Of a stretch of 23,515 bases of DNA, positions 10,050 through 22,549 are shown one piece after another. Every line of letters starts with the position of its first letter. The stretch's first letter is position 1. Source of the DNA: Geosiphon pyriformis uo1 (lineage: Eukaryota; Fungi; Glomeromycota); NCBI GenBank assembly GCA_016748015.1, contig JAAOMT010000035.1:1-23515 (forward strand), given 5' to 3'. The notes beneath the pieces were generated by a model. The model was given only the letters and a program-made list of their open reading frames with translations. It did no database searches and was not told the origin of the DNA. The position numbers were made by a program, and so were the translations under genes.

Positions 10050-12340
10050 ACTTACTAATAATCTTGCTAAAAAAAACTCAAATAAATCATAAGTTTATTA
10101 ATCTTAAGACTAAAAACACTGTTTAATATAAAATTATCTTTAATAAAATATTTAAACATAATAACTAATACATTAACAGGCTTAATAATAGACCTAATTA
10201 GAATTAACAACTTAACCAAATTGAATTTCAAAGATATCAGCTAAAAAGAAATCAAAAAATTACTAACAATTACAAAAAAAAATAAAAACCACTAAAAAAA
10301 AACTCAGAAGAATCTGAAAGAACAGAAGCTTTAATATAAAAAATATTACTTATAAAATATGGTTTAAATACTTTGAGAGTCTTAGAAAAGAAAGACAAAA
10401 GAACTTTACAGTCCATAGTTAGATGATCTATTTTTTGATATTGTTATTTGAATAGAAAAACCAATCCAAAGTTATAGAAAAAATGTGACCAAAAACATGA
10501 TAACATAAAATAACACAGGATAATGTGAAAGTACACAGAATATGTGTAATAATTCAGAATAACATAATACAAAACTCGATAATATATTATAGCACAAAAT
10601 AACTAATTGAAACATAAGATAACTAGTAATAATGTAGAAGAACAAAGTTATAACAGAAATAGTAAAATAATAGTTAGCAAAAACAAAACAATTAAAAAGC
10701 AATTCTGTAGAACAAAAAAATGTATAAAATAAATAATTATAGAAGTTAGAAAGAAAAAAAAATTAGATTCTTAGGAGTTAATTAAACTCTCAGAGTTAAT
10801 TAGACTTGTAAGTCATAATTATTAAATATTTTTCTCTTCAAGAATAGTTGCTATCAACCAAAATGAAATTATATCAATAAAATATTTCTTCAATTTTTCA
10901 AATCTATGTTATTATCTACTACTTAACTTGTTGACACAATTGTTTTTAATTATGGCTATTGACAGAATATTTATTTCTTATTTCTTATTTTATTTTTTTT
11001 TATTTTTTTATTTTTTTTTATTTTTTTTTATTCTTTTTTGTAAAGTGACAACATAAAAAAATTGACTGTTTGAAAATAAACTTTGTAATAGCCTGGTAAA
11101 AGAAGAAAGCTCTTCTTAAGATTAGATATTAACATTATCTTGATAGCTTATCAGAAGAGTAAAAAAATACCATCAAACCCTAATGACTGCTTGTTAGCTC
11201 AGAGAAAATAATTTACATTCACATACAAGAAATTACAACACCACAAAATATTTCTTTGTGTCTTATAACCAAAAAACTTTATAAGTAAATTCATATTAAT
11301 TAAAAAAACCTTTAGAAACTAATAATACTAATACACTAAACAAGTCTACTAAAAAAAAACCATCAAAAACTCTCCAAAAACCCAAATTTTAAGCACCAAA
11401 TGTTACCACTATATACTACCAAGTTTATTTATAACAACATCTAAAAAAATGCCAACAACCAGAAGTTTCTCTTCAAATATGTTATTTTTTCAGTATATTA
11501 GTTTTGACAACTATAAAGTTTAAGTCAATTTAAGATTTAAATATAATTAGAGCAAATTGGAAATAATAACCAAAATTTGGAAAACAAAAAATAAAACACA
11601 TTTAATTATTAACTTAAAAGATTATATTATTAATCTCAAAAACAGTGCAGCCAAAAAAAAATTGACCAACTTGGTTTTAAACTTATTTTGAAACAAAATT
11701 ATCTTTTTTTAATTCATAAAAAAAAAAATTCAAATATTATCTTTGTTCACTAAAACTAACCAGTAATTGAGAACAAATACAGCAGTATATAATTCTTTAA
11801 AGTAAACAATTATATATTGTCAAAATCAACAAACTTTAACATAATATAGAAAACAACACCAAAAACACTAAGAGTTATCTTAATATTAATAGTAAACATA
11901 CTTAATAATACATTATACAATACAACAGCAAAAAAAAAACCAAATTCAAAAACCACCAAAAACTTGGCAATTTTAAGAGTGGCCAAACAAACAGAACTTG
12001 TAAACTTAATTAAAAACCTAGTATTTAAAAAACTTTAGAAAGCAATTTCTATATAAAAAAACTTTATATTGTCTTTAAAAACAGATTTTACATTCAAAAA
12101 ACCATGTATAAATTAAAAAACAGCCTTAATATAAGCCAATTTAATCTTAAAAATAGTATTAAATATTAGAGTAAAAACTATTCACTTAGTAAATCTTTGA
12201 TAACTAGTAATAGTTTCTCAAGCACCACTAATAATAACACCAAAAACCAGAAAAAATAATAATAATTCAGTTTCTATTTGATCAGCCCAGTTTTCAAGAA
12301 CAAGTAACTTAATAGAAAACTGTTGTTTTTTTTTCAAAAC
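10050..12340 (-). pseudogene. Eroded ORF1/gag-like protein with a CCHC zinc knuckle (probably a non-LTR retrotransposon), split by a solo LTR
   Basis: Residual peptides LLVLENWADQIETE (~12300) and SSVCLATLKIAKFLVVFEF (~11970). Removing 10442-11436 and one TSD copy restores GCWHFFRC-QKIDHLTMDCK (C-x4-H-x4-C). Boundaries are approximate and the family call is from recalled similarity. Confidence 0.5.
10442..11436 (+). mobile_element. Solo LTR (995 bp) with a 4-bp target-site duplication
   Basis: Ends are TGTTAT...ATAACA; flanks are ATAT (10438-10441) and ACAT (11437-11440). It shares blocks (CTGGTAAAAGA, GATAGCTTA, a T-rich tract, AGCACCAA) with the LTRs at 14487 and 16234. Confidence 0.75.
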
Positions 12341-13599
12341 TGGTAAAAATTTACTAAAAGCTCTATATTTAACAACATAATTAATGATTGATTTTGGCTT
12401 ATTTTGAATGATAGACTAATTAATACAACAAAGATCTTATTTAAGATCTTATTAAAAATCACAAAGAAGTTTGTGTAACAATAGCAGAAATAAGTAATTG
12501 TCTCCACTTTTTTGAATCTTTAGTCTTTTTGACTATTTTATTAAAAAAAATAGTACTAATAACACTAAATATAAAACTATAAAAAAAAGACTAACTTATT
12601 AACTGGTTTATTATTAAAAATTTTGGGCTCTTAAAGAAAATAAAAACAACACTAGGATTAATTTAAGTGTGTCTTTTTAAAAAAACTTTAACTAGTAAAA
12701 AACCAGTCAAAAATGAAAAAGATGTTTTAATAGTTACTAAAAGCAGCTTTTCATTAATTTTTTTTAAAAAAATGTAACCAAAACATTATGTTTAGCTGTT
12801 TTAATAACAAAGAGACTTTTTTATGTTGAAATTTTATTAGTTATTATAGAAAAAGTAATATTTACAGCTTTTTTACTTTTTGCTTTGATTATAATCATAA
12901 AATTAAGAAAACAAAAAGTTTTTGATTTTTTCTTAAATATTCTTGTTTTAAAATTAATTATTTTATATAAATATTTTGAATTGATTAATTACTAATTATA
13001 ATAATTATTAATAACTTCTAAATTTGAATCTAAAATGACTTTTTTGATATATTTTTTTATTTTTATTTTTTTTAATTTATTTTTTTTTATATTATTAAGT
13101 AGTTTATAGTTATGATTTTTTATAAAAGAGTTAACTTTTACAACAAAGTAATTATACATATTTTAAAAAATTTACAGATAAGATTTTTTTGTTAAAAAAT
13201 TAATTTTTACTGTAAAGTAATTATACAAATAATTAATATAAAATTGGTTATTTTTTTATAAGTCTAACAGCATAAATAGTTTAAAATATAAAAAAATACT
13301 TTGAAAAAAAAATTAATTTATTGAAAATTTATTAAGTTTTATTAATAACAAAATTACCAGCAAAATAATATTAACAATATTTAGAAAAAAGTAGAAAAAT
13401 TTTCAGTAATATTTGATGTTTTCTAAAAAATAATACAACAACAATTAAATTAAAGTAGTAATTATATCAGATATAATAACTTTAAAGTATTATTAATTAA
13501 TTTATATTTACTATAAACAATAATTTAAAAACCAAAATAAAATTACAGCTTTTAAAAATTTTTTTTTTAATATATTGAAAATTAAATTAATAATTATTT

Positions 13600-14486
13600 T
13601 TTTAGAAACTATAATATTATAAAAATTTAAAAAAAATTTCTTAAAAACTTAATTTATTATTTAAACAAAGATTCAAAAGTTATTAGCATTGATATTTACA
13701 CTATTTATTTTAAAGAACTTAATTATAATATTATTAAGTTTTATAAAAAAAAATATTTTGTTGATTTAAAATTTGTTCTTAAACTTAAATTTGAATCTAA
13801 AATTAACAAAAACAAAAAAAACACTTAACTAGTTTACACAATTTTTAATACATTAAAAACAAATCTTTTAATATTTATAAAAAAACCAATTTTAAATTAC
13901 TATTTTTAATTACATTTTTTTCGATTTTGTTTGCTTAAGTACAAATATTTAATTCATTTTTTAACTAATTTTTAAGACCAGAAAACTTTATCAAAAATTT
14001 AATCTAATAGTTAGAACTAATTTTAAACTAATATTAATCTTCCTAATTATTTAGCAGAAAACCAAAGTAAATATTTAAAAATATTAGCTTACAAAAAAGA
14101 CATTTCTGAATCTATTGAAAAAAAAAACAAAAAAAACAAAAACTATAGACAATAATAAAAATAAAAAAATGACTATTTATATTGCAAAAATTTTTAAATT
14201 CTCTAAAAAAACANNNNNNNNNNNNNNNNNNNNACTTTAATTATTTTTTAAAACTACTTTTAAAACATCAAATAAAAACTATTAGAATCTATTATAACTT
14301 ATATTAAAAAGTTTAATAAATTTCTTAAAAAAATTTATTAGCTTAAAACAAATACTTATTACTCTAATTTTTAAAATTTGGATTAAACTATTATTAATTT
14401 AAGGAATAAATTAATCAAAAAAGTTTATCTACATACTTTAACAGATTTAAATACTACTATTTAACATATTAAAAACTATAAAAGAG
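13600..14486 (+). pseudogene. Heavily eroded retrotransposon gag relic, interrupted by the LTR at 14487
   Basis: Residual reading MTIYIAKIFKF [gap] ...NIK*KLLESIITYIKKFNKFL...NLRNKLIKKV...TDLNTTI*HIKNY resembles the capsid C-terminal/MHR pattern (Q..ESV..Y..RF...F..GL). The start is approximate. Confidence 0.45.
14214..14233. other. Assembly gap (20 N)
   Basis: Run of 20 n characters. Confidence 1.
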
Positions 14487-15354
14487 TGTTACTCATAAAA
14501 ATATAAGAAGTATATTAGTACATAAATTAGCCAATTAGAGGTAGCCATAGTAAATATAGAATTCCAAGATTCTTTTTAAAAGAAATTGCAGAATTCCAGA
14601 AATTTTAGGATTCTTGTACAAGGAATTGCAGAATTCCAAAATTCCAAAATTTTTCTCAAAAAAAATTGCAAGATTCCAGAAATTTCAAGATTCCTGGTGT
14701 GAAAAATTGAGAAATTGAGGAATCTCAATTATGTATATATAGTGGTAGTATTAGAAGTAGAAAAGGCAGACCTCTCAGTTTAGATTTCATCTAAGCAACT
14801 TTCAAATTCACAAATATTAATAAATAATTATTCTCTATCTCAAATCCACTTTCCACTATTAACACTTCATGTTGATAGTAATTGATACTTAACCACACTG
14901 AAACAATAGCTCTTGATCATGGTTATTGACAAAATACTAACTTGTAATTGCTTTTATTTGTTTCATTATTTTTTTTTATATTTTTTTATTTTCTTTTGTT
15001 ATTTTTTTGGTTTTACTAAATTGATTAAGAATTAAGCGCTAAGATACAGATGTTATAAGGACTGGTAAAAGACCCATGAAACAAGAGTAAAACACTCATA
15101 AATTTGAGAATAGCTTATTAGGAGAATTACTGGCCATCACGCTGAAAAAAAAATTTGACAAAACTGCAGTTTTAGGAAGCTACAAATAAAACCATCAATT
15201 AAATCTCTGTCTATTATACAAAAAACTCCACAACAAAACCTTCAGATAATAACAATGTACCAACATTACCAACACCATCCACCAGATTAGTCATTGAGCA
15301 CCAAGTTACAAGTTTGTTATTTGATTTGGAGACCCCAAATAATTACCTATAACA
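14487..15354 (+). mobile_element. 5' LTR (868 bp) of a + strand LTR retrotransposon
   Basis: Ends are TGTTAC...ATAACA. It is homologous along its length to the reverse complement of 16234-17071 (e.g. TAGCCAATTAGA, GAGGAATCTCAATTATGTATATATAG, AATCTCTGTCTATTATACAAA) and is followed by a PBS. Confidence 0.85.
14560..14700 (+). repeat. Imperfect ~40-bp tandem repeats (GAATTGCAGAATTCCAG-type) in the LTR U3 region; counterpart at about 16890-17000
   Basis: About three diverged units are visible in the + LTR, with related units in the - LTR. Confidence 0.6.
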
Positions 15355-15356
15355 TT

Positions 15357-15373
15357 TAGTGCTCTCTGTAAGG
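15357..15373 (+). promoter_or_regulatory. Primer-binding site, probably for an elongator tRNA-Met-like primer
   Basis: TAGTGCTCTCTGTAAGG lies 2 nt after the LTR. Allowing for G>A decay it reads TGGTGCTCTCTGTGAGG, complementary to ...CCTCACAGAGAGCACCA. The tRNA identity is inferred. Confidence 0.6.
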
Positions 15374-16233
15374 TATAATCCTACAGAGAACAGCACCAAT
15401 AACAATCATCCAAAAGTGGCAGAATTAGAAATCATAAGAGCAAACCACTTAGAATTTGCCAAATCTCTGTTTTAACAATACAGGCAACAATTAGAATTAA
15501 ACAATAACCATTTCTCAGCAAAATTAGCCTTCAACTTTTATGTCAATAATAAAATCACAGACTGCTTAGGAGCAACAGTTAACATTGAATCTGCAAGGAA
15601 AAATTTCTATACAGAATTATTTCAACATACCAGTTTACCAAAAAACTACAGTTTTGCACTAATCATCAGAGAAATCAATCAAATCATTAAAAGGTACACA
15701 CAACAACAATTCCCCATCACTTATGCAAACAAAGGCAAAGGAAGATTGCAAATACCAGTAGTAATACCAAAACAAATACAACTACCTACTTAAAAGAAAA
15801 CCAGAGTTGAATCACCAACCAATCTATCATACTATTACACACTAGGAAGCACTATCAATATCTTATTAATAGACATGTTCACATTACATGCGACATCAAT
15901 ATTTGGCCAACTTCCATTTTAAAGTAAATAAAAGAAAGCAGAATTACTAGGAACTTATGGCAACTACTTTGAGGGATTTAAATCATGATCCCCAATGCCA
16001 TCAGAACTCCAATCACCACCACTTTAACCAGATTTTGGAAATGCAAGTCCCTGGGAGATAACAGAATCAGAAAAAAAAGAAAAAAAAGAAGAAACCAAAG
16101 ATTAAAAATTTACTTACCAAAACCCAATCTTAAAAAATTTGGAAGTTGAAACTTCAAACATTAAAACCTAGCAAACTCAAAACAATCTAAATACCAAAGC
16201 AATTAATCAGAAAAACTTACCTTCAGTAATTGT
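15374..16233 (+). pseudogene. N-terminal gag-region fragment of the + strand element, interrupted by the - strand element
   Basis: The frame after the PBS reads NPTENSTNNNHPKVAE...NFYVNNKITDCLG...KGKGRLQ...QKNLPSVIV with scattered stops and ends at the TGTTAC at 16234. Confidence 0.6.
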
Positions 16234-17071
16234 TGTTACAGGTGATTATTTCTGCTGTTGAATTAAATAACAAACCCATAATTTGGTGCTCAAAAGCTAC
16301 TTCTGTGGATAAGGTTCTGCAAGTGTTGTATCTGAAGGTTTTGATAGAGTCCTTTGTATAATAGACAGAGATTCAATAGTGTTGATAGTAGATATATCTT
16401 TCCAAAAATTTTCTCAATTTCTTTCTCAATGTGGTGGCCAGATTTAGTCTGGCAGTCATGCCCTTTTAGTAAGCTATCCAATAATATATAAAATCCTACT
16501 CTTATTTCTGGGTCTTTTACCAGGCTATTCTTGACGTCAATAACTCAATACTTAATTTTTTAATCAATTAGTATACAACAACAAAATCAAAAAAAGAAAG
16601 AAAATAAAATAAAAAAAATAAAAATAAAGAAAATAGAGAAAATAAGCCAAGGCAATTTGGTACGTTAGTATCTCGTCAATAGCTGTGATCAAGAACTATT
16701 GTTCCAGTGTAGTTAAGTATTAATTACTATCAACATAAAGTGTTAATAGTAGAGAGTGGGTTGAGATATGGAATAATTATTTATTTGATAATTGGGAACT
16801 GAAATGTTTCTTTGATTCAATCTAAACTGGGAGGTCTGTCTTTTTAGTTTCTAATCCTGCTGCTATATATACATAATTGAGATTCCTCAATTTCTTGATT
16901 CTTCACAACAGGAATCCTGGAATTCCTGGAATCCTGCAATTCCTTTGAGAGAAATCCTAAAATTCTGAAATTCTGCGATTTCTTGTCAGGCTGGAATTCC
17001 ACATTTACTATGCCTACTTCTAATTGGCTACTACTCATGCTAATCTATTTCCTATATTTCTATAAGTAACA
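16234..17071 (-). repeat. 3' LTR (838 bp)
   Basis: Terminal inverted hexamers TGTTAC (16234) and GTAACA (17066-17071), an adjacent PPT, and homology to the LTR at 14487. Confidence 0.88.
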
Positions 17072-17086
17072 TTATTCCCTTTTTTT
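17072..17086 (-). promoter_or_regulatory. Polypurine tract
   Basis: The - strand reads AAAAAAAGGGAATAA immediately before the LTR's TGTTAC. Confidence 0.8.
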
Positions 17087-17750
17087 AATATTGAGCTCCG
17101 TTGAAATCTAATTCATTTAATTCCTCCTCTTGAAGTATTTCCTGGATTTCGTTTTTGAGAATTACTTGTGTTATTTGGGTTTGTAATTCTTCAAATTGAG
17201 TATTGGTGATCTTTCTCAATTGATTACTGGTAACCATATTCATTGCTTTGTTGAGTAATATTTTTGGTCTATCCTGAAATGCTGTGTGTATTTGGTAGAT
17301 GGCTCGGGTCTGTGTGGATAAGTTGTTCTTTCCCACAAAATGTTCTAATTGTTGTAGTATTTTTTTGTCAAATAATTGCTTTGTTTTATCCGTATATAGA
17401 TTTTGGATATTTATGTGTTGTCCCAAGTAAAAATAACAATAGTTTCTTGGAAATTGTTGTATCTACCAATTCCAAGTTTTTTTAGTCAACTCTTGATATA
17501 GTGCCTCTTTTGTTAACTCTCTTATTGCTAATTTTACTTTTGTAATAATTTTGTCCACCATATTTTCAGTTTTCTTCTGTGTTCTGGGTTGCAATGTTTT
17601 TCTAGTATCTCAATATCAAGTGGTTTATTAATTGATTGTAATCTCCATTTCCTGGTGTTGAATTAATTAAAAAATTTGTTGGGCTAGTGAATGGATATTG
17701 TCCGTAATCTCCATTTTTCTGCTCTCTTCTGTCACATCAACCATGTTCTT
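17085..17750 (-). pseudogene. Additional ORF of unknown function between integrase and the 3' LTR
   Basis: ORF 17085..17426 extends upstream through stops (NMVDKIITKVKLAIRELTKEALYQEL...). Its stop codon overlaps the PPT. The start is approximate. Confidence 0.5.
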
Positions 17751-17767
17751 ATATATTCTTTTGTTGA

Positions 17768-19150
17768 TCAATTGGACGTGTTGTTGTCAATAATAATGAT
17801 TGGTTCCAGATCTCATGGAATCACATCTGGTTGGACTAGTATTCTCTGTACTCTTAATTGTGGAATATTACTGGTGGATGATGATGCTATATGGTGGTAT
17901 GGTTTCAGTTAATCTCCATGTGCTACTTTGGTCAAGATTTTGTTATTCAATCTTAATTTGTAAGCTCCATTTCTTAGAATTTCTTTTATGTAAAATGGTT
18001 TATTCCATTTGGGGTCAAATTTTCCACTCCATTGTTTTTCCGCTTTGGTATGATGTAAGAATACTTTGTCTCCAATTTTGAATTCAACTGGTTTGTCTAG
18101 TAGTTGGTTATCATGTCTTTTTTTTTGTTTCTCTTGTGACTTTTGTATGTTATCAGCTGCTCTTTATTGTTTGTTTTCTAATGTTTTTATTAAGTCATAT
18201 GTTCTTCTCAACAATGTATTTTTGAAATTTTCTTCTGTTATTGGTTTGGTTGGATATGTGCTGACTTTTATTTCCACTGGTAGTATTGCTGTTTTACTAT
18301 ATACTAATTCAAATGGTGGTACTTGTATAGTATCTTGCTTCATTGTCCGATAAGCAAATAGTATTGATGGTATCAACAAATTCCAATTGTTCTGGTTTTC
18401 TTGGCTGAGTTTAGCTATTGCTTCACACAATGTTTTGTTGAATTTTTTGACTAATTCATTGGTTTGTAAATGGTATGGTGATGATAGTGGTCTCTTAATT
18501 CCAAATTTTTGGCTCAATTCTGTTAATGTTTTGTTCACAAAATGAGTTTCTTGGTCTGATAATAATTCTTTTGGACATCTATGTCGACAGATCAAATCCT
18601 AATGAACAAATTCAGCAACGGATTCTGCATTCGCTCTTTGAATTGCTTTCACCTCTGGCCATTTAGTGAGATAGTCCATGGCTACTGCTATGTACCTGTT
18701 TCCTCCACTGGTGATTGTTAATGGTCTGACTAGATCAATTCCAATACAGTCAAATGGTTGTCCTACTTTGATTGGTTTTAATGGTTTACTGGGTTTCGTA
18801 CCTCCTCTTTGCTGACAAGCATCACAATTTTAAACATATTGGATGATGTCTGGATACATTGATGGCCAATAGTATTTTTTTCTGGTTTTTTCTTTGGTTG
18901 CTTCTTTGTGAAAATGTCCTGCTGTTTGATTTGAGTGCATGTTGAATAATATTGTCTCTTTTTCTGGTTCTGTAACTACTCTGGTTGGTTGATCTGGATC
19001 TTTTCTATTTTTCCGATAAAGTATATTTTGGTGAGTGATAAAATATTTTGATTGTTGTTTAATACTCTTTCATTCCATTTGAGATAAATTTTCCTTGAAC
19101 TGTTGAGTGGTTATATAATGTTGAAGTTGTTGATATTTTTGTATGTTCAT
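17768..19150 (-). pseudogene. Integrase (HHCC zinc finger, DDE core, GPY/F region)
   Basis: MHSNQTAGHF..YYWPSMYPDI..CDACQ; IGIDLVRPL; AMDYLTKWPE; LLSDQETHF; SPYHLQTNELVKKFN; KFDPKW/PFYI. Contains stops and a frameshift near 18000. Confidence 0.9.
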
Positions 19151-19212
19151 CTTTTGTTATATTTTTCATTGTTATTGTTCTGGTTTTGTTATATTTTTGT
19201 GTTAAAATGTTC

Positions 19213-20500
19213 TTAGATTTGTCTCATTCATGACAAACCGTCAGCATTTCTATTGTCTTTTCCTTTTTTGTAATGTATAGTATAATTGTATGGTGCAAGT
19301 GCTATTTTCTATCTTGACTGTTTTCCATCTCCAAATTCTTGTTTTTGGAGTGATGTTAATCCCTTGTGGTCTGTGTATACTTCAAACTTCTGGCTCAAGT
19401 ATTCTCTCCATTTCATGACTGCCCAGTATATTGCTAAGTATTCTTGTTCTAGTGTTCTATAGTTCTTTTCGGCTGGCATTAAACCTCTGCTGGTATATGC
19501 TACTAAATGTTCTCTGTCATCTGGTCCTCTCTGAGATAATACTGCTCCCAATGCTTAGCCAGATACATCAGTGATGATGATGAATGGTTTGCTGTGATCT
19601 GGATAAATCAGTACTGGAGCTTGAATGAGCTTTCTTTTCAAAATGTCAAAAGCTTTTTGTTGACTTTCTGCCCATTCATATTTGGCATTCTTGGTTTGCA
19701 GTTGGTTGAGTGGCTGTGCTATTTTGGAAAAATTCTTGATAAAACATTGATAGTAGCTGGCGAATCCCAAGAATGATTTCAGTTCTGTCATATTGGTCAG
19801 CATTGGAAAGTTTTTTACTATCTTTATTTTCTCTGGATCTGTTTTGATGCCGTTTTTGCTGACTATGTGTCCTAAGAATTTTAGCTCTGTTTTGCCAAAG
19901 AAGCACTTTGTTGCATTTAACTTTAGCTCTGCTCTTCTTAGTCTTTCGAACACTTGTTGAAAATAATGAAAATGATCATTAAATGTTTTTGAGAATACGT
20001 TGGTGTTGTCTAAATATACAACTACTGATTTCCACAATAAGCCAGTATAGATAATTTCTATTAACTATTAGAAAGTGGCTGGTGCATTGGTTAAACCAAA
20101 TGGCATTACTTCAAATTCAAAATTCCTTTCTTTCATGGTGAATGCCATCTTTTTTTTGTTGGCTGGATCTATGGCTACTTGCTAGTAACTACTATCTAAG
20201 TCTAATGTTGAGAACCATTTGTTTTTGCCAAAAGCATCAAATAATTCCTATATCCATGAAGTTAGATAGCTGTCTCCATGAGTTACACCATTGAGTTTTC
20301 TGTAGTCTACACAAAATCAGATCTTTCTATTCTTCTTATGGACAAGTACCACTGGTAATGACTATGGGCTCATTGATGGCTGAATTAGCCCATTGTCAAG
20401 CATTCAGTTTATCTTTTAACGAATAATCTCGTGGCTGACTGGTGGCACTCTGTATGCTCTTTGTTTAATTGGCATTGCATCTTCAGTCTTGATCTGGTGC
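19213..20500 (-). pseudogene. Reverse transcriptase and RNase H
   Basis: FCVDYRKLN, TLDLDSSY*Q, VMPFGLTNAPATF, YLDN (20005-20016, from YLDD), KFLGHIVS, ITDVSG, NY..LEQEYLAI, YTDHK, NADGLS. Confidence 0.95.
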
Positions 20501-21044
20501 TGAATGATGTCAGTTTGGCCAAACTCATTTTTGCTGGCAAAGATTTTATTGAACTGGTTGAGCAACATCTTGAATTGCATACATTGGAGTGGATCTAAGT
20601 TTCCCATGTTTATTTGTTCCAATTGTTTTGGTTGGAGCAAATAACATTCACTTTGTCTGTATATTGTTTGTGATGTGATATCAACATATCCACAAAGTTG
20701 TGAAAAGTCTGGAATGAGGTTTGGTGGTTGATCCTCTATTTCAGTGTTTAAGTATTCAATAATGGTTCCGGCTGGTATTTCTATGACATTTTCTGTATTG
20801 TTGTAGATGGGAATTTTGATGTGGCTGTAATCTTTGGCTGGTATGTAGAGATTGATAAGTTCAACTTCTCCTGATTTACAAAGACTGGCTTCTGCTTCAA
20901 AAATTTGTGCTTGGTCTTTTTCCTTCCTTTCTATTGCTAGCATGTACTGGTTATATAGTAGAATAGAAATAGCTTGACTGGTTGAGATAATTTTTTCTTG
21001 GCCAACAATTTTTTCCTCTGCTATATTAACTAGTATATCTATTC

Positions 21045-21441
21045 TACTCGTTGATCCGAATCCCTGTATTCCTCTTGCTGTTATTCTTAATTTTTCTCTC
21101 TTTCCCACTGATACTAACTGAGCTATTTTAACCAGAGGCAGGAATATTGCCTGTGCTATCTTTTCATTGAGCTCTATTACATAGGCCTTTTCTGAGTCAT
21201 TTTGTAGCATAGTGATGATATTTCCTATATATCTCACATTAATTATTTCTCTTCTTATATTAATTCCTCTTTTCGCTAAACTACTTCTAAATGCTAATTG
21301 AACTATTGTTGTTGCCAGAATTTCTAGTGCTACTTTCAGATCAATACAGGTGCATGAATGTGGTTCCAATTTGATGGCTTCTTTTTCTGAATATCTCAGA
21401 TCAAACCCTGTATCAGTATCATGTACACGTTCTGGCATAAT
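21045..21441 (-). CDS. dUTPase domain within the polyprotein (ORF 20416..22113), motif III degenerate
   Basis: Motif I TGFDLR, II RSSLA, III REIINVRYIG (from GGIIDxGYxG), IV EKIAQ, V RGIQGFGSTS. Confidence 0.9.
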
Positions 21442-22549
21442 ACCTTCTCCATTGTTACTATACCATTTCAACTCTTGTTCTTTAGAGAAATCTGGTAGTG
21501 CAATGTATTGTTCATAGTTTAAATTGGAGTTTGAATCTGAGTTTGAATCATCTTTGTTGTTATTGCCATTTTGAACAGAGCTGGAATTGGTGTTTTCATC
21601 ATCATTATTACAGTCTAGATCACAATTGATCAGTGATTCTGATTCCGATGCACAGCTGCTGATTGGTTTTTCTTCTTCAGAGATCATGTAGATCATGCAT
21701 GGTGGTGGATTGTAAATGAGATTACAATTGTCACAATATTCAAAGTCACTGGGAATTAAACAATAGCAACACAGTCTTGTATTTAACTGTACTAGCAATT
21801 GTTTTTGCTCTTTTCTAGTGGGTGCCAAGTTTTGGTAATGTTCATGGAATTCTTCTGGTTCCAGAAAATTTATAACTGGCTCTGCATCCCAGTCAAGCTT
21901 GACAGGTTCTGGTGGGTTGTTTTTAATTGTCCTGATTTCTTTTGGCGATTGCCATTCGCCATAATTCATTGTCGTCATGTGGACAACTGTCCAATCACTG
22001 TACAGCTCTTCTCCAGATGGCTTCAATGGGTGTTTTTTTCTTGATCCAGTCACTGATGAGGATTGTGTATTGGCAAAACACATCGCATGTTCCTTCTCTC
22101 CCCGGAATGTCATTCTATATTTCTTTGTCGAGGAAAGTTTCTCTACAGACTATACATGGTGTATTATCCCATTTTTCTACTTGTTTTGGTCTTCCAAAAT
22201 GTTCGACATGGCATGCATGGTAATAGAACTTGGTTAACTGTAGGTGTATGGGATATAAGTGTTGTTGGCTTGAATGTTTTCTTTCTTCCTCTTTTTCCCT
22301 TTGTCCTTTTCTTTTTTCCACTTCCAACTTGATGGTTCTTTCTGTTCGTTGTCAGTCCAGGTCAAATCGTCTGTTTCCCAAGTCAGTTCTTTTTTTTGTT
22401 TTCCTTTAGGGTTGTCGTTCCACGAGAGTATTGGTGGTAGTTTGTTGTGATCAGCGTTGGTCCAGAAGACTTGGTAAGCTTCCCAGATAGGTTTTTCTTT
22501 CTTCTCTTCCAGTTCGATCAATAGTTTCTCTCTTGGAGGAGTCTTGAAA

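Larger units (their letters stand above)
8280..14486. repeat. Extremely AT-rich block of eroded TE relics
   Basis: No credible ORF, only about 3 CpG seen by eye in ~6 kb, and residual TE-like peptides still readable. Confidence 0.7.

Noticed and set aside
10472-10702. Hydrophobic 76-aa ORF; also 16290..16481 and 16844..17038
   Set aside because: They lie inside LTRs, and their composition follows from the A/T skew or internal repeats.
14214-14233. Gap as a chimeric scaffold join
   Set aside because: Both sides read as consecutive parts of one eroded + strand gag relic with similar composition. A misjoin is not excluded without reads.
8280-14486. Possible mitochondrial or endobacterial insertion, or a centromere
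   Set aside because: No organellar or bacterial genes or RNAs are seen, and the readable relics are TE-derived. Centromere function cannot be judged from sequence.
14560-14700. Repeated GAATTCC-containing units resembling a CRISPR or iteron array
   Set aside because: Diverged tandem units without unique spacers, inside an LTR in a eukaryotic context.
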